DNA from: Gemmatimonadota bacterium
GTDB taxonomy: Bacteria; Gemmatimonadota; Gemmatimonadetes; Longimicrobiales; RSA9
Assembly: GCA_040905425.1 (NCBI GenBank)
Contig: JBBDRO010000024.1
Location: forward strand, 5,719 to 52,082
Reading direction: 5' to 3'
DNA length: 46,364 nt
The notes under the pieces are model-generated. The model did no database searches and was not told the DNA's origin. It saw only the letters and a list, made by a program, of their open reading frames with translations. The position numbers and the translations under genes are program-made. Positions 35,796 through 46,364 of this stretch are shown here, in pieces. Within the stretch, counting starts at the first letter, position 1; the number at the start of each line of letters is the position of its first letter.

Positions 35796-37133
35796 CTACA
35801 TGTAGCGCTGGCGTCCGCGGAACCGGACCCGCCCCTTCTTCATGAAACCCTCGTAGTGGCGCAGCAGGAGATGCTGCTGCATCTGCTGCACCGTATCCAG
35901 CGCCACACCCACCACGATGAGCAGCGAAGTGCCGCCGAAGAAGATGCCCTGGATGTTGAACCAGCCGATGATCCAGAACGGCACCAGGGCGATAAGCGCC
36001 AGGTAGATGGACCCGGCCAGCGTGACCCGGCTGAGCACGTAATCGATGTACTCGGACGTGCGCGCGCCCGGCTTCACACCCGGGATGAAGGCGCCCTGCT
36101 TCTTCAGATTCTCCGCCAGGTCCACCGGATTGAAGATGATGGCCGTGTAGAAGTAGGTGAAGAACACGATGAGCGCCGCGTACAGCACCATGTAGAGCCA
36201 GCCGCCCGGGTTGAGCCAGTTCTGGCTCACCATGTTCAGCCACGGGGAGGCGCTGAAGGCGGCGATGGTGCCCGGCACGATGATGATCGACTGGGCAAAG
36301 ATGATCGGCATCACGCCCGCCGAATTGATGCGCAGCGGAATGAAGCTCTTCTGGCCCTCGCGCACCCGGCCACGCCCCATCACCTTGCGCGGGATCTGCA
36401 CCGGCAGCTTACGGGCGGCCATGGTCATGGCCACCACCGCGGCAATGATGCCGAGCATCACCAGCCCCATGATGACCAGCCCGAACACGCTGATGCCACC
36501 CGCCTGGAAGGTGCCCCAGATGAGGGTCATGGCGTTCGGGAAACCCTGAATGATGGAGAAGAAGATCAGCAGGCTCATGCCGTTGCCGATTCCCATCTCC
36601 GTGATCTGCTCACCCAGCCACATCACGAAGATGGCACCGATGGTGAGGATCAGGGTGGTGGTCAGGACGAAGAGCACGCCGGGGTTGGCCACGATGGCCG
36701 CGGCGCCCTCCTGGCCGGCGTTCAGCTGCTGCAGGAAGATGGAGTAGCCGTAGGCCTGCAGGGCGGCCAGGACGATGGTGGCGTAGCGCGTCCACTGCGT
36801 GAGCTTCTTGCGCCCCTCCTCACCCTCCTTCTGCATCTTCTCGATGGTGGGGAAGACGGCCGCCAGCAGCTGGAACATGATGCTGGCCGAGATGTAGGGC
36901 ATGATCCCGAGCGCCAGCACGGTGGCGCGCGAGAGCGCGCCGCCCGTGAACATGTCGTAGATGCCCAGCAGACCCTGCTCGAACTGGCCGAAGGCAATCT
37001 GCAACGCCTGATAATTCACCGACGGGACGGTGATGTGCGCGCCGACCCGGTAGATGAACAGCACCAGGAGCGTGAAGAGGATCTTGCTCTTCAGCTCCGG
37101 GACCCGGAAAAGATTCGGGATCGGGTTGGCCAT
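35796..37133 (-). CDS. secY: Preprotein translocase subunit SecY
   Basis: LGIMPYISASI, WLGEQIT..GIGNGMSL, AGVMPIIFA, FIPGVKPG, GGTSLLIVVGV. Confidence 0.98.
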   Translation of the reverse strand: MANPIPNLFRVPELKSKILFTLLVLFIYRVGAHITVPSVNYQALQIAFGQFEQGLLGIYDMFTGGALSRATVLALGIMPYISASIMFQLLAAVFPTIEKMQKEGEEGRKKLTQWTRYATIVLAALQAYGYSIFLQQLNAGQEGAAAIVANPGVLFVLTTTLILTIGAIFVMWLGEQITEMGIGNGMSLLIFFSIIQGFPNAMTLIWGTFQAGGISVFGLVIMGLVMLGIIAAVVAMTMAARKLPVQIPRKVMGRGRVREGQKSFIPLRINSAGVMPIIFAQSIIIVPGTIAAFSASPWLNMVSQNWLNPGGWLYMVLYAALIVFFTYFYTAIIFNPVDLAENLKKQGAFIPGVKPGARTSEYIDYVLSRVTLAGSIYLALIALVPFWIIGWFNIQGIFFGGTSLLIVVGVALDTVQQMQQHLLLRHYEGFMKKGRVRFRGRQRYM

Positions 37134-37137
37134 CGGC

Positions 37138-37587
37138 TCAGCTCTCCAGCAGCTCGACGGAGCCGCCGGCCGCTTCGATCTTGGCCCGCGCCGCGGCGCT
37201 GGCGGCATGCACGCGCACGGTCACCTTGCGGTCGATCTCCCCGTTGCCGAGGAGCTTCACAGGGCCGCGGCTGGCGTCCACCAGGCGGCTCTCGGTGAGC
37301 AGCTCCGGCGTGATCTCATCGGCCTCTACCCGCGCCAGGTCACCCACGTTCACCACCTCGTGCGTGATGCGCGAGCGATTCTTGAAGCCGCGCTTGGGCA
37401 GCCGCCGCTGGAGCGGCATCTGGCCGCCCTCGAACCACGCGGGAATGCCGTGGTGGCCCGTACGGGCCTTCTGGCCCTTGTGGCCGCGGCCAGCGGTCTT
37501 GCCCGTGCCGGAGCCCGGACCCCGCCCCACCCGCTTGCGAGGGCGGTGGGCGCCGTCGGGACGCTGCAGATTGCTCAGGTCGGTCAT
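37138..37587 (-). CDS. rplO: 50S ribosomal protein L15
   Basis: RVGRGPGSGTGKTAGRGHKGQKAR, FEGGQMPLQRRLPKRGF. Confidence 0.98.
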   Translation of the reverse strand: MTDLSNLQRPDGAHRPRKRVGRGPGSGTGKTAGRGHKGQKARTGHHGIPAWFEGGQMPLQRRLPKRGFKNRSRITHEVVNVGDLARVEADEITPELLTESRLVDASRGPVKLLGNGEIDRKVTVRVHAASAAARAKIEAAGGSVELLES

Positions 37588-37590
37588 GGT

Positions 37591-37806
37591 CTATGCCTCA
37601 CCCTCGGACACCGGCTCCACGGCCACCAGATGGCGGACCTGGAACAGCATCCCGCGAATCGCGGGGGTGTCATTATGCTCGATGGTCTTCTGATGCTTCC
37701 TGAAACCCAGGGCCCGCAGCGTGTCCCGGTGCTTCTGGGGCCTGCCGTTCCCGCTGCGCACCTGCGTCACACGCAGTCTGGCCGGCGCCGCGCTCTTCTT
37801 AGCCAC
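37591..37806 (-). CDS. rpmD: 50S ribosomal protein L30
   Basis: LRVTQVRS...TLRALG...TPAIRGM...VRHLV; position between rpsE and rplO. Confidence 0.95.
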   Translation of the reverse strand: MAKKSAAPARLRVTQVRSGNGRPQKHRDTLRALGFRKHQKTIEHNDTPAIRGMLFQVRHLVAVEPVSEGEA

Positions 37807-38332
37807 GCTGCACCCCCACCAGTTCCTCGACCGAGATGCCGCGCTCGCGCGCGGCCTGCTCCGGCGTCACCATCTCCTGCAGCCCCTTCATGGTGGCGCG
37901 CACCACGTTGACGGGATTGTTGGAGCCCAGGCTCTTGGTGAGCACGTCCGTCACACCCGCCGCCTCGAGCACCGCGCGCACCGGACCACCCGCGATCACG
38001 CCCGTACCCGGCCCGGCCGGCTTCAGCATGACACGGGCTGCGCCGTGGCGGCCCACCAGTTCGTGCGGCAGCGTGCCGTCCTTGAGCGGTACGTCCACCA
38101 TGCTGCGGCGGGCCTGCTCCAGTCCCTTCCGGATGGCCTCGGCCACCTCGTTGGCCTTGCCGGTGGCAACGCCCACCTTGCCGGCCTTGTCACCCACGGC
38201 CACGAGGGCCGTGAAGGAGAAGCGCCGTCCGCCCTTGACCACCTTGGCCACCCGGTTCACGAAGATCACGTTCTCCGTGAGGTCCGACTGTTCCCGGCCC
38301 CGGCGGCCGCCGCCGCGCTGTTCTCTTGCCAT
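37799..38332 (-). CDS. rpsE: 30S ribosomal protein S5
   Basis: [44 protein letters not shown]. Confidence 0.98.
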   Translation of the reverse strand: MAREQRGGGRRGREQSDLTENVIFVNRVAKVVKGGRRFSFTALVAVGDKAGKVGVATGKANEVAEAIRKGLEQARRSMVDVPLKDGTLPHELVGRHGAARVMLKPAGPGTGVIAGGPVRAVLEAAGVTDVLTKSLGSNNPVNVVRATMKGLQEMVTPEQAARERGISVEELVGVQRG

Positions 38333-38345
38333 AATCCTGTGCCTT

Positions 38346-38729
38346 CTAGAACTCGAGTCCGCCCTCGCGCGCGCCCTCGGCGAACGCGGCGATGCGGCCG
38401 TGGTAGAGGTAGCCGCCGCGGTCGAAGACAACGCGCGTGACGCCCGCCTCCTTCGCCTTTTCGGCGAGCAGCTTGCCCGCCGCGCGGGCCAGGGCTGTCT
38501 TGTTGCCCTCCTGGCCCTCGCGCAGCTCCTTCAGTTCGGGAGACAGCGTGGACACACCCAGGAGCACCCGGCTCTCGAGATCGTCCGTCAACTGCCCCTG
38601 GATGTTTTTGTGCGACCGATGCACGGCCAACCGCGGCCGCTCCGCGGTTCCCATGATCTTGCGGCGCACCCGGGCCTGACGCTTTGCGAGCGCCTGCCGC
38701 CGGTTCTTGGAGGTCGTCCTAAGTGCCAT
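38346..38729 (-). CDS. rplR: 50S ribosomal protein L18
   Basis: [24 protein letters not shown]...AREGGLEF. Confidence 0.97.
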   Translation of the reverse strand: MALRTTSKNRRQALAKRQARVRRKIMGTAERPRLAVHRSHKNIQGQLTDDLESRVLLGVSTLSPELKELREGQEGNKTALARAAGKLLAEKAKEAGVTRVVFDRGGYLYHGRIAAFAEGAREGGLEF

Positions 38730-38739
38730 GGTTCAGCCT

Positions 38740-39276
38740 CTATGCGCCGGTCTTGCCCGCCTTGCGGCGGACGTGTTCACCCTGGTAACGAATGCCCTTG
38801 CCCTTGTAGGGCTCGGGCGGACGTACGGCGCGGATTTCCGCGGCCACCTGCCCCACCTGCTGCTTGTCGATCCCCTCCACCACCACCACCGTGGGTGACG
38901 TCGTGGAGAGGGCGATGCCGTCCGGCTCCGGATACTCCACCTGGTGCGAATAGCCCACGGTAAGCACCAGCGCCTTGCCCTTCTTCTCCGCCCGATAGCC
39001 AACACCCACGATCTCGAGCGTGCGGCGGAAGCCATCCGTCACACCCTCCACCATGTTGGCCACAAGCGCACGGGTCAGCCCGTGGAACGCCCGGTGCTGC
39101 GCCGTATCCGACGGCCGCGTCACCAGCGCCTGACCGTCCTCCACCTCGAGACCGATCTCCGGCCGGATGGTCCGGCTGAGTTCACCCTTGGGGCCCTTCA
39201 CCTTGACCGTATCCCCCTCGACCGTGACGGTCACCCCGCCCGGGATGGGAATCGGCTTCTTACCAATGCGTGACAT
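38740..39276 (-). CDS. rplF: 50S ribosomal protein L6
   Basis: [34 protein letters not shown]. Confidence 0.98.
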   Translation of the reverse strand: MSRIGKKPIPIPGGVTVTVEGDTVKVKGPKGELSRTIRPEIGLEVEDGQALVTRPSDTAQHRAFHGLTRALVANMVEGVTDGFRRTLEIVGVGYRAEKKGKALVLTVGYSHQVEYPEPDGIALSTTSPTVVVVEGIDKQQVGQVAAEIRAVRPPEPYKGKGIRYQGEHVRRKAGKTGA

Positions 39277-39288
39277 GGTCGTCTCTCC

Positions 39289-39681
39289 TCACCAGACCCG
39301 AGCCATGACCTCGCCACCCACATTCTGGGTGCGGGCGTCACGATCCGTCATGACCCCCTTCGAGGTGGAGACGATGGCCAAACCGAGCCCGCGACGAACA
39401 CGCTGCAGATCTTCCGCGCGCTTGTAGATGCGCAGGCCCGGACGCGAGACGCGCTCCAGATTGCGAATGACGGGCCGGTCTTCGTAGTAACGCAGATAGA
39501 TGCGCAGCACCCCGTGGCGACCATCGTCCAGGACCTTGAAGTCCTGGATGAAGTGGTTCTCCTTGAGGATACGCGCGATCTCACGCTTCAGTTTGGATAC
39601 GGGCATGTCCACGCGCTTGTGCCGCGCGCCGGCGGCGTTGCGGATGCGGGTGAGCATGTCCCCGACGGGATCGGTCATCAT
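39289..39681 (-). CDS. rpsH: 30S ribosomal protein S8
   Basis: MTDPVGDMLTRIRNA, RVSRPGLRIY, GLGLAIVSTSKGVMT, VGGEV. Confidence 0.98.
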   Translation of the reverse strand: MMTDPVGDMLTRIRNAAGARHKRVDMPVSKLKREIARILKENHFIQDFKVLDDGRHGVLRIYLRYYEDRPVIRNLERVSRPGLRIYKRAEDLQRVRRGLGLAIVSTSKGVMTDRDARTQNVGGEVMARVW

Positions 39682-39797
39682 GGTGTGCTAAACGCTCCTA
39701 CAGTATCCGGCGCTGCGCCGGACTTTTAGAAGGGGTCATCGGACCGCCTCGTGCGGCCCCATATGTCGGCGTCCGGTGGAACCGGAGCGGCGCCAGG

Positions 39798-39983
39798 CTA
39801 CCAGCTCGCCTTGCGCACGCCCGGGATCTCACCCTTGAGCGCCATCTCCCGGAAGCAGATCCGGCACATGCCGAACTTCCGGATGAACGCCCGCGGGCGT
39901 CCACAGCGCGTGCAGCGGTTGTTCTTCCTCACGGAGAACTTCGGCTTGCCCTTCTGTTTCTCGATCAGACCTTTGCGTGCCAT
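39798..39983 (-). CDS. rpsN: 30S ribosomal protein S14, short zinc-binding type Z
   Basis: 61 aa; [10 protein letters not shown]...CRICFRE...IPGVRKASW. Confidence 0.97.
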   Translation of the reverse strand: MARKGLIEKQKGKPKFSVRKNNRCTRCGRPRAFIRKFGMCRICFREMALKGEIPGVRKASW

Positions 39984-40017
39984 ACTCTCGCTCGCAGATT
40001 CGTGAGAGATCCGCCGC

Positions 40018-40599
40018 CTACGCGGCGGCCTCCTCGCCACCAACCACGACCGGCGTCTCGCCGCGGAAGGGCATTCCCATTGCACGCAGAAGCGCAATGG
40101 CCTCGCTATCCTTGTCCGTCGTGGTCACGAACACGATGTCCATGCCGTGTACCTGCGCCACCTGATCGTACTCGATCTCCGGGAAGATGAGCTGCTCCTT
40201 GACGCCCAGCGTGTAATTCCCCCGCCCATCGAACGAGCGGGTGGGCACGCCGCGGAAGTCCCGGATACGCGGGATGGCCACGTTGACCAGCCGGTCCAGG
40301 AACTCGTACATGCGCGCGCCGCGCAGCGTCACCTTGGCGCCGATCGGCATCCCCTCCCGCAGCCCGAAATTGGCGATGGCCTTGCGGGCCCGCGTCACCA
40401 CCGGGCGCTGCCCCGTGATGGTGCTGAGCTCCTCCACCACCGCTTCCAGCAGCTTCGGATTCTTGGGCGCCTCACCCATACCCACGTTCACCACGATCTT
40501 CTCCAGCCGCGGCACGCGGTGCGGATTGTCGAACCCGAACTCCTCCTGGAGACGGGTCCGGGCGCGCTCCTCGTAATGTACCTGCAGTCTCGGCTTCAT
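40018..40599 (-). CDS. rplE: 50S ribosomal protein L5
   Basis: [39 protein letters not shown]. Confidence 0.98.
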   Translation of the reverse strand: MKPRLQVHYEERARTRLQEEFGFDNPHRVPRLEKIVVNVGMGEAPKNPKLLEAVVEELSTITGQRPVVTRARKAIANFGLREGMPIGAKVTLRGARMYEFLDRLVNVAIPRIRDFRGVPTRSFDGRGNYTLGVKEQLIFPEIEYDQVAQVHGMDIVFVTTTDKDSEAIALLRAMGMPFRGETPVVVGGEEAAA

Positions 40600-40612
40600 G
40601 TCCGTCTACCCG

Positions 40613-41002
40613 TTACGCCTGGGGGCGGGGAATGGGATTGCCCGATCGCGCGGCAATCCGCTCCTTGGTCCCGTCCTCGTCAATCCGGTGCCGCACCCGC
40701 GACGGCTCCCCGGTCGAGGGGTCGATGAGCATCACATTGGAGACGTGAATCGGTGCCTCGAAGCTGATGATCCCGCCCTCGGGATTGGCTTCGGTGGGGC
40801 GCGCATGCTTCTTACGCATGTTCACGCCTTCCACCACGACTCTGTTCTCATCGGGCAGCACCCGCAGGATGGTGCCTTCCACGCCGGCGGCGTTGCCGCG
40901 GACCACCTTCACGTGGTCCCCCCGGCGCACGTGCAGCTTGCGCCGCCCGCCCTTGTTCTTCGCGCGGCCCTTGCTGCCTCCGCGCATCACACGACCCGCC
41001 AT
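40613..41002 (-). CDS. rplX: 50S ribosomal protein L24
   Basis: HVRRGDHVKVVRG, VVVEGVN, GGIISFEAPIHVSNV. Confidence 0.97.
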   Translation of the reverse strand: MAGRVMRGGSKGRAKNKGGRRKLHVRRGDHVKVVRGNAAGVEGTILRVLPDENRVVVEGVNMRKKHARPTEANPEGGIISFEAPIHVSNVMLIDPSTGEPSRVRHRIDEDGTKERIAARSGNPIPRPQA

Positions 41003-41370
41003 CAGATGACCTCCGGCGCAAGCGACACGATCTTCATGAACCGCTTCTCGCGCAGCTCGCGCCCGACGGGGCCGAAGATGCGCGTGGCGCGCGGCTCGCC
41101 CGCGTCATTGATGATGACCGCCGCGTTGTCGTCGAAGCGGATGTAGGTGCCGTCCCGCCTGCGGATCTCCTTGGCGGTACGCACCACCACGGCCCGGGCC
41201 ACCTCACCGCGCTTCACGGTGCCGTTGGGCAGCGCTTCCTTGACGGTGACAATGATGATGTCACCCACGGAGGCGTAGCGCCGCCCGGACCCACCGAGCA
41301 CCCGGATGCAGAGCGCTTCCTTGGCACCGGAGTTGTCGGCAATCTTGAGTCTGGACTCCTGCTGGATCAT
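41002..41370 (-). CDS. rplN: 50S ribosomal protein L14
   Basis: [17 protein letters not shown]...FDDNAAVI...TRIFGPV...[10 protein letters not shown]. Confidence 0.98.
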   Translation of the reverse strand: MIQQESRLKIADNSGAKEALCIRVLGGSGRRYASVGDIIIVTVKEALPNGTVKRGEVARAVVVRTAKEIRRRDGTYIRFDDNAAVIINDAGEPRATRIFGPVGRELREKRFMKIVSLAPEVI

Positions 41371-41377
41371 GCCCGCC

Positions 41378-41650
41378 TCACTTCGCCTGCTCGACGACTT
41401 CGACGAGCCGCCACCGCTTCAGCTTTGACAGCGGCCGCGTCTCGACGATGCGCACGCGGTCACCGGTGTGGGCCGCGTTCTCCTCGTCGTGAACGTAGTA
41501 CTTCTTGGTGCGTACCATCTGCTTGTGGTACAGGCGATGGCGCACGCGACCCTCCACGGCCACGACCACCGTGCGGTCCATGCCGTCACTCACCACGATA
41601 CCGACGCGCATCTTGCGATCGGCCCGCTCGGTCTGGGCATTCTCAACCAT
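41378..41650 (-). CDS. rpsQ: 30S ribosomal protein S17
   Basis: [37 protein letters not shown]. Confidence 0.97.
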   Translation of the reverse strand: MVENAQTERADRKMRVGIVVSDGMDRTVVVAVEGRVRHRLYHKQMVRTKKYYVHDEENAAHTGDRVRIVETRPLSKLKRWRLVEVVEQAK

Positions 41651-41843
41651 TGTTCGTCATCTCCCGCTCACGCAGGATGGTGCGCATGCGCGCGACGTCC
41701 CGGCGCAAAATGCGCAGCAGCAAAGGGTTCTCGAGCTGCTGCGTGGCACTACGATAGCGCAGCCGGAACAGCTCCTCCTTGGATTCCTCGATCCGCTCCT
41801 GGATCTCGGCGTCCGTCATTTCCCGGATGTCGGTGGCGTTCAC
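41643..41843 (-). CDS. rpmC: 50S ribosomal protein L29
   Basis: GTGA overlap start; ELFRLR...QLENP...[13 protein letters not shown]. Confidence 0.96.
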   Translation of the reverse strand: MNATDIREMTDAEIQERIEESKEELFRLRYRSATQQLENPLLLRILRRDVARMRTILREREMTNNG

Positions 41844-42268
41844 TTGGCACCTCCCTCGGCACCCGAGCGAGCCATGAACTTGCACTTCACGGGCAGCTTG
41901 GCGGCGGCCAGGTCGAAGGCCCGGCGGGCGATCTCCTCGCTCACGCCTTCCAGCTCGAACATGACGCGGCCAGGCTTCACCACGGCCACCCACATCTCGG
42001 GGTTGCCCTTGCCCTTGCCCATGCGCGTCTCAGCCGGCTTCTTGGTCACCGGCTTGTCGGGGAAGATGCGGATCCACACCTTGCCGCCGCGCTTGATGTG
42101 GCGCGTCATGGCCACACGAGCCGCCTCGATCTGGCGGTTCGTGATCCAGCCGGGCTCGGTGGTCTGCAACCCGTAGTCACCGAAGGACACCTCGGCACCG
42201 CGCAGCGCCCTGCCCCGCGTGCGGCCCTTCTGCTGCTTTCTGAACTTGATCCTCTTCGGAGCCAGCAT
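41840..42268 (-). CDS. rplP: 50S ribosomal protein L16
   Basis: [37 protein letters not shown]. Confidence 0.98.
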   Translation of the reverse strand: MLAPKRIKFRKQQKGRTRGRALRGAEVSFGDYGLQTTEPGWITNRQIEAARVAMTRHIKRGGKVWIRIFPDKPVTKKPAETRMGKGKGNPEMWVAVVKPGRVMFELEGVSEEIARRAFDLAAAKLPVKCKFMARSGAEGGAK

Positions 42269-42281
42269 GATAGCCTATTCC

Positions 42282-42941
42282 TCAGGCGCCGGTGGAGTAG
42301 GTGCGGCCACGGCGGTCCTCGACCACCTCGCCCTTGAAGATCCACACCTTTACACCGATGGTGCCGTACGTGGTCCTGGCGGTGGACTGCGCGTAGTCGA
42401 TATCCGCGCGCAGCGTGTGAAGCGGTACCCGACCCTCGTGGTACCCTTCCGTGCGGGCGATCTCGGAACCGCCCAGACGGCCGCCCACCTTGATGCGAAT
42501 GCCTTCCGCACCGGACCGCATGGCCCCCTGCACCGCGCGCTTCATGGCGCGCCGGAAGGAGATGCGCTGCTGAAGCTGGTGGGCCACGTTGTCCCCCACG
42601 AGCTGCGCGTCGAGCTCCGGACGCTTCACTTCCTCGACGTTGATGGACACCTCACTCTTGGTGAGGAGCGCCAGCTCGTCGCGGAGCTTGTCCACTTCGG
42701 AACCCTGCTTGCCGATCACCACGCCCGGGCGGGCGGTGTGGACCGTCACCACGATCTTGGACGGCTTACGCTCGATCTCCACCTCGGAGATGGCGGCATG
42801 CCCCAGGCGCTGGTGCAGGTATTTCCGGATGGTCTCGTCTTCCTTGAGCAGCGCGCCGAAGCCCTTGTCGGCGTACCACCGGGACTTCCACGGCTTGACG
42901 ATCCCGAGACGGAACCCACGCGGATGTACTTTCTGACCCAT
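42282..42941 (-). CDS. rpsC: 30S ribosomal protein S3
   Basis: [44 protein letters not shown]. Confidence 0.98.
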   Translation of the reverse strand: MGQKVHPRGFRLGIVKPWKSRWYADKGFGALLKEDETIRKYLHQRLGHAAISEVEIERKPSKIVVTVHTARPGVVIGKQGSEVDKLRDELALLTKSEVSINVEEVKRPELDAQLVGDNVAHQLQQRISFRRAMKRAVQGAMRSGAEGIRIKVGGRLGGSEIARTEGYHEGRVPLHTLRADIDYAQSTARTTYGTIGVKVWIFKGEVVEDRRGRTYSTGA

Positions 42942-42943
42942 AC

Positions 42944-43294
42944 TTACTCCTTGCGGTCGACCACGATCGTTACGTGGGCCGTCGGATGGATCCTGGGAGC
43001 GGCGCGGCCCATGGCCGCGGCGCGCCAACGCTTGAGGCGCGGTCCCTCGTTCACGTAGGCTTCGATTACGTACAACTCGTCGGCGTCCAGCATGTGGCCC
43101 TCGCGGTCCGCCTTGTCACGAGCATTGGCCACCGCGGAACGAACGGTCTTCTCGATCTGCTCGGCCGCCTTCTTCTTCGAGAAGCGGAGCAGCGCCAGGG
43201 CCTCACCAACCCGCTTGCCGCGGATCTCGTCGATGACGAGCCGCATCTTGCGGGGACTCTGCCGGTTATCCTTGGAGATCGCGCGCGCTTGCAT
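42944..43294 (-). CDS. rplV: 50S ribosomal protein L22
   Basis: [35 protein letters not shown]. Confidence 0.97.
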   Translation of the reverse strand: MQARAISKDNRQSPRKMRLVIDEIRGKRVGEALALLRFSKKKAAEQIEKTVRSAVANARDKADREGHMLDADELYVIEAYVNEGPRLKRWRAAAMGRAAPRIHPTAHVTIVVDRKE

Positions 43295-43298
43295 GCCG

Positions 43299-43586
43299 CT
43301 ACCTCACCTTGGACCGCTTGTCGGCCAGCTTGCCACCGTGCCCGCGAAACAGGCGCGTGGGGGCGAACTCACCGAACTTGTGGCCGACCATGTTTTCCGT
43401 GACGTACACCGGGATGAACTTGTTCCCGTTGTGCACGGCCACGGTGTGGCCGACGAATTCCGGTGAAATGGTCGAGGCACGAGCCCAGGTCTTCACGACC
43501 TTCTTCTCATTCCGCGAATTCATCACCTGAATCCGGAAGAGGAGCTTGTCCTCGATGTACGGGCCCTTCTTGGTCGATCTCGACAT
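43299..43586 (-). CDS. rpsS: 30S ribosomal protein S19
   Basis: [34 protein letters not shown]. Confidence 0.98.
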   Translation of the reverse strand: MSRSTKKGPYIEDKLLFRIQVMNSRNEKKVVKTWARASTISPEFVGHTVAVHNGNKFIPVYVTENMVGHKFGEFAPTRLFRGHGGKLADKRSKVR

Positions 43587-43602
43587 GGCTCTTTCCGGCT
43601 AC

Positions 43603-44442
43603 TTACTTGGTGGCTTTACCGCGCTTGCGGCCGCGGACGATGTACTTGTTCGTCTGCTTCTTCTTCTTGCGGGTCTTGATACCCTCGCGCTTGCCCCAGG
43701 GGGACACCGGCGGCCGGCCGCCCGAGGTGCGGCCTTCGCCGCCGCCCAGGGGGTGGTCCACTGGGTTCATGGCCACGCCACGAACCTTGGGGCGCCGTCC
43801 CCGCCAGCGTGACGCGCCGGCCTTGCCCAGAACCTGCAGCTCGTGATCCGAGTTGCCTACCTGCCCGATCGTGGCGAAGCACTCCCGCAGGACCATGCGC
43901 ACCTCGGTGGAGGGCATGCGGAGGGTGACGTAGCGTCCCTCCTTGGCCACCACCTGGGCGCCGTTGCCGGCGGAGCGCACGATCTGTCCGCCCTTGCCGG
44001 GCTTCAGCTCCACGTTGTGCACCACGGTTCCCAGCGGCACCTCACCCAGCGGGAGGGCATTGCCGGTGCGGATGTCGGAGCCCGCGCCGCTGACGACCAT
44101 ATCCCCCTGCAGCAGTCCGCGGGGGTGCAGGATGTAGCGCTTCTCACCATCCGTGTACTGGATGAGCGCGATGTTGGCCGAACGGTTCGGATCGTACTCG
44201 ATCTCGGCCACCCTGCCGCTCACACCGTGCTTGTCACGCCGGAAGTCGATGCGCCGGTACGAGCGCCGTGCGCCACCACCCCGCCGGCGGCTCGTGATCC
44301 GGCCGTGATGATTGCGCCCACCCGTCTTCCGCAGTGGCTCCAGTAGCGACTTCTCAGGCGTGTCACGGGTGACTTCGTCGCGCTCGGTCACGGAGCGGAA
44401 GCGTGTGCCGGCGGTCACCGGCTTGAACTTCTTGCTCGGCAT
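43603..44442 (-). CDS. rplB: 50S ribosomal protein L2
   Basis: [40 protein letters not shown]. Confidence 0.98.
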   Translation of the reverse strand: MPSKKFKPVTAGTRFRSVTERDEVTRDTPEKSLLEPLRKTGGRNHHGRITSRRRGGGARRSYRRIDFRRDKHGVSGRVAEIEYDPNRSANIALIQYTDGEKRYILHPRGLLQGDMVVSGAGSDIRTGNALPLGEVPLGTVVHNVELKPGKGGQIVRSAGNGAQVVAKEGRYVTLRMPSTEVRMVLRECFATIGQVGNSDHELQVLGKAGASRWRGRRPKVRGVAMNPVDHPLGGGEGRTSGGRPPVSPWGKREGIKTRKKKKQTNKYIVRGRKRGKATK

Positions 44443-44732
44443 CAGACCCCCTCGTAGACGTCGATGGCGTCGCCTTCGGCCAGCTTGACCACCGCCTTCT
44501 TGTATCCCGACCGGCGCCCGGTGCTGCGGCCCACGCGGCGCCACTTGCCCGGATAGTTGGCCGTCCGCACGTCCTCCACCTTGACCTCGAAGAGGCGCTG
44601 GATGGCGTGCCGGATCTCGATCTTGTTGGCGTCCCTGGCCACGATGAAGCTGTACGTGCGGTGCAGCTCCTGGTCGAAGGCCGAACGCTCCGTGACGACC
44701 GGCCGCAGAATCACGTCACGCGGCTCACGCAT
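44442..44732 (-). CDS. rplW: 50S ribosomal protein L23
   Basis: [22 protein letters not shown]. Confidence 0.96.
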   Translation of the reverse strand: MREPRDVILRPVVTERSAFDQELHRTYSFIVARDANKIEIRHAIQRLFEVKVEDVRTANYPGKWRRVGRSTGRRSGYKKAVVKLAEGDAIDVYEGV

Positions 44733-45354
44733 GGGCCACCTCCCCGGCGCGTTCCAGCGCCGCCCCTTCGATGATGACCGTGTCCGCCCACAGCACGTCG
44801 TACGTGGACTCCTGGCCGAATGGCAGCACCTGGACGCCCGGCAGATTGCGCGCGGAGAGATGCACGGTGCCGTTCAGGCCGTCGGTGAGGATCAGGATGT
44901 TGCCGCTCACCTCGGCCGCGTTCAGCATGGCCACGATGGCGCGCGTGCTCGGCGCCTCCAGCCCGAAGCTCTCCACCACGAACACGTTGCCGTCCTCGGC
45001 GCGCGCGTTGTAGGCCGAGCGCCGGGCCAGCCAGCGCACCTTCTTGGGCACCGTCTGCGTGTAGTTGCGCCACGGCCGCGGCCCGAAGACGTTGCCGCCC
45101 CCACGCCACTGCGGGGCGCGGATGGAGCCCTGCCGGGCGCGGCCGGTGCCCTTCTGACGCCACGGCTTGCGGCCACCGCCGCGCACGTCGCTCCGCCCCT
45201 TCGTGGAGGCGGTAGCCTGCCGCTGGTTGGCCAGATAGGCCTTCACCACCTGCCACATGGCCGGCTGGTGCACCGTACCGTCGAAGAGTTGCTCCGGGAG
45301 CTCACGCTCGCCGTTGCGCTCGCCGGCGGCAGTAATGACCGGTGCCTTCAACAT
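44725..45354 (-). CDS. rplD: 50S ribosomal protein L4
   Basis: [40 protein letters not shown]. Confidence 0.98.
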   Translation of the reverse strand: MLKAPVITAAGERNGERELPEQLFDGTVHQPAMWQVVKAYLANQRQATASTKGRSDVRGGGRKPWRQKGTGRARQGSIRAPQWRGGGNVFGPRPWRNYTQTVPKKVRWLARRSAYNARAEDGNVFVVESFGLEAPSTRAIVAMLNAAEVSGNILILTDGLNGTVHLSARNLPGVQVLPFGQESTYDVLWADTVIIEGAALERAGEVAHA

Positions 45355-45368
45355 GATCGTCTCCCCCA

Positions 45369-45992
45369 CTACGACAGCTTGCGGATCAGCACCGTGCTGT
45401 TCCGGGCACCCGGCACCGGTCCACGCACGAAGATCAGGTTGCGCTCGGCGTCCACCTTCACCACCCGAACGCTGCGCAGGGTCTGCTGCTTGTTGCCCAT
45501 CTGACCGGGCATCTTCTTGCCCTTGATGACGCGCGACGGATCGGTTCCGGGTCCGATGGAGCCGGGCGTCCGGCTGAACTTGTGCCCGTGTCCACCGGGA
45601 CGGCCGCTGAACCCCCAGCGCTTCACCACGCCCTGGAAGCCGCGACCCTTCGTGGTCCCCGTGAGCTTCACGTCCTCGCCCGCCTCGAAGAGCTCCACCG
45701 TGAGGGGCTGGCCGAGCTCGTACTCCGCGCCCGGCGCCACCGGGAACTCCCGGAGCAGCGCCGGCGCCGCCTCCAGCCCCGCCTTGGCGGCGTGGCCACG
45801 CGCGGCGGCGGTGGAGTGCTTCTCCTTGCGCTCGCCCCAGCCCACCTGCACGGCGGCATAGCCGTCCACGTCCTCGTTCAGGATCTGCGTGACGGGGCAC
45901 GGCCCCGCCTCGATCACCGTCACGGGCACCACGGCCCCGTCCTCGTCGAAGAGCTGGGTCATGCCCAGCTTCCGCCCAATGAGTCCAGCCAT
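45369..45992 (-). CDS. rplC: 50S ribosomal protein L3
   Basis: [48 protein letters not shown]. Confidence 0.98.
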   Translation of the reverse strand: MAGLIGRKLGMTQLFDEDGAVVPVTVIEAGPCPVTQILNEDVDGYAAVQVGWGERKEKHSTAAARGHAAKAGLEAAPALLREFPVAPGAEYELGQPLTVELFEAGEDVKLTGTTKGRGFQGVVKRWGFSGRPGGHGHKFSRTPGSIGPGTDPSRVIKGKKMPGQMGNKQQTLRSVRVVKVDAERNLIFVRGPVPGARNSTVLIRKLS

Positions 45993-45994
45993 CC

Positions 45995-46312
45995 TCAGTC
46001 CACCTTGATCTCGACGTCCACACCGGCCGGCAGATCCAGCTTGGTGAGGGCGTCGATCGTCTGCGGCCGGGAGTCCCGGATGTCGATGACGCGCTTGTGC
46101 GTCTTCAACTCGAACTGCTCCCGGCTCTTCTTGTCCACGTGCGGGGAACGGAGCACCGTCCACCGCTGGGTGCGCGTGGGCAGCGGTACCGGCCCGCTCA
46201 CCGTGGCGCCTGTCTTCTCCGCCGTGCGGACGATGTCGGACGCCGTCTGGTCGATGACGGCGTGATCGAACGCCTTGAGGCGGATGCGGATGTTGCCTTT
46301 GGTCTTGGCCAT
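45995..46312 (-). CDS. rpsJ: 30S ribosomal protein S10
   Basis: [31 protein letters not shown]. Confidence 0.98.
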   Translation of the reverse strand: MAKTKGNIRIRLKAFDHAVIDQTASDIVRTAEKTGATVSGPVPLPTRTQRWTVLRSPHVDKKSREQFELKTHKRVIDIRDSRPQTIDALTKLDLPAGVDVEIKVD

Positions 46313-46364
46313 TACTCCACCACCTCGGTGACCACGCCGGCGCCCACGGTACGGCCGCCCTCGC
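46312..46364 (-). CDS. tuf: Elongation factor Tu, C-terminal end (partial, runs off the window)
   Basis: Manual translation [19 protein letters not shown] overlaps the rpsJ ATG. Confidence 0.93.
   Translation of the reverse strand, partial: EGGRTVGAGVVTEVVE

Noticed and set aside
1..46364. Mobile elements, tRNA/rRNA genes, defence systems and invertible promoter repeats
   Set aside because: No transposase, integrase, recombinase, cloverleaf or flanking inverted repeats around the predicted promoters were recognised by eye

Overview
High-GC bacterial chromosomal window, probably from Gemmatimonadota (an inference from the Cys-rich RCC1 lipoproteins and ribosomal-protein extensions; not verified). 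The left part (1-27.9 kb) is a Wzx/Wzy-type surface polysaccharide locus split into two convergent operons. The + strand operon holds a UDP-glucuronate decarboxylase-like enzyme, an RCC1 lipoprotein, Wzx, GT2, GT4, a second RCC1 lipoprotein and a Wzi-like barrel. The ~17 kb - strand operon starts with a UpxY-like NusG paralog behind its own promoter and hairpin leader. It continues with a translationally coupled 8-gene higher-carbon sugar module (transaldolase, epimerase, nucleotidyltransferase, GHMP kinase, SDR, Gfo/Idh/MocA, GmhB-like, GmhA-like), then a priming transferase, two GT4s, Wzy/ligase, a PHP phosphatase, a short Wza, Wzc and a second Wzi. A nucleotide-sugar dehydrogenase, hemD and a CPA2 antiporter lie just upstream of that operon. 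The right part (30-46.4 kb, - strand) is the tuf-S10-spc-alpha ribosomal cluster, which lacks infA at its usual place and has structured intergenic leaders; it is followed by an unknown membrane protein and rpmB. The best candidate for an undescribed system is the antiterminator-controlled glycan locus, whose sugar module parallels the lincomycin GDP-octose pathway and which is paired with beta-propeller lipoproteins and twin Wzi barrels. No rRNA, tRNA, CRISPR array or mobile element was seen. Many start codons were re-called from the ORF track using stop/start overlaps and RBS motifs.
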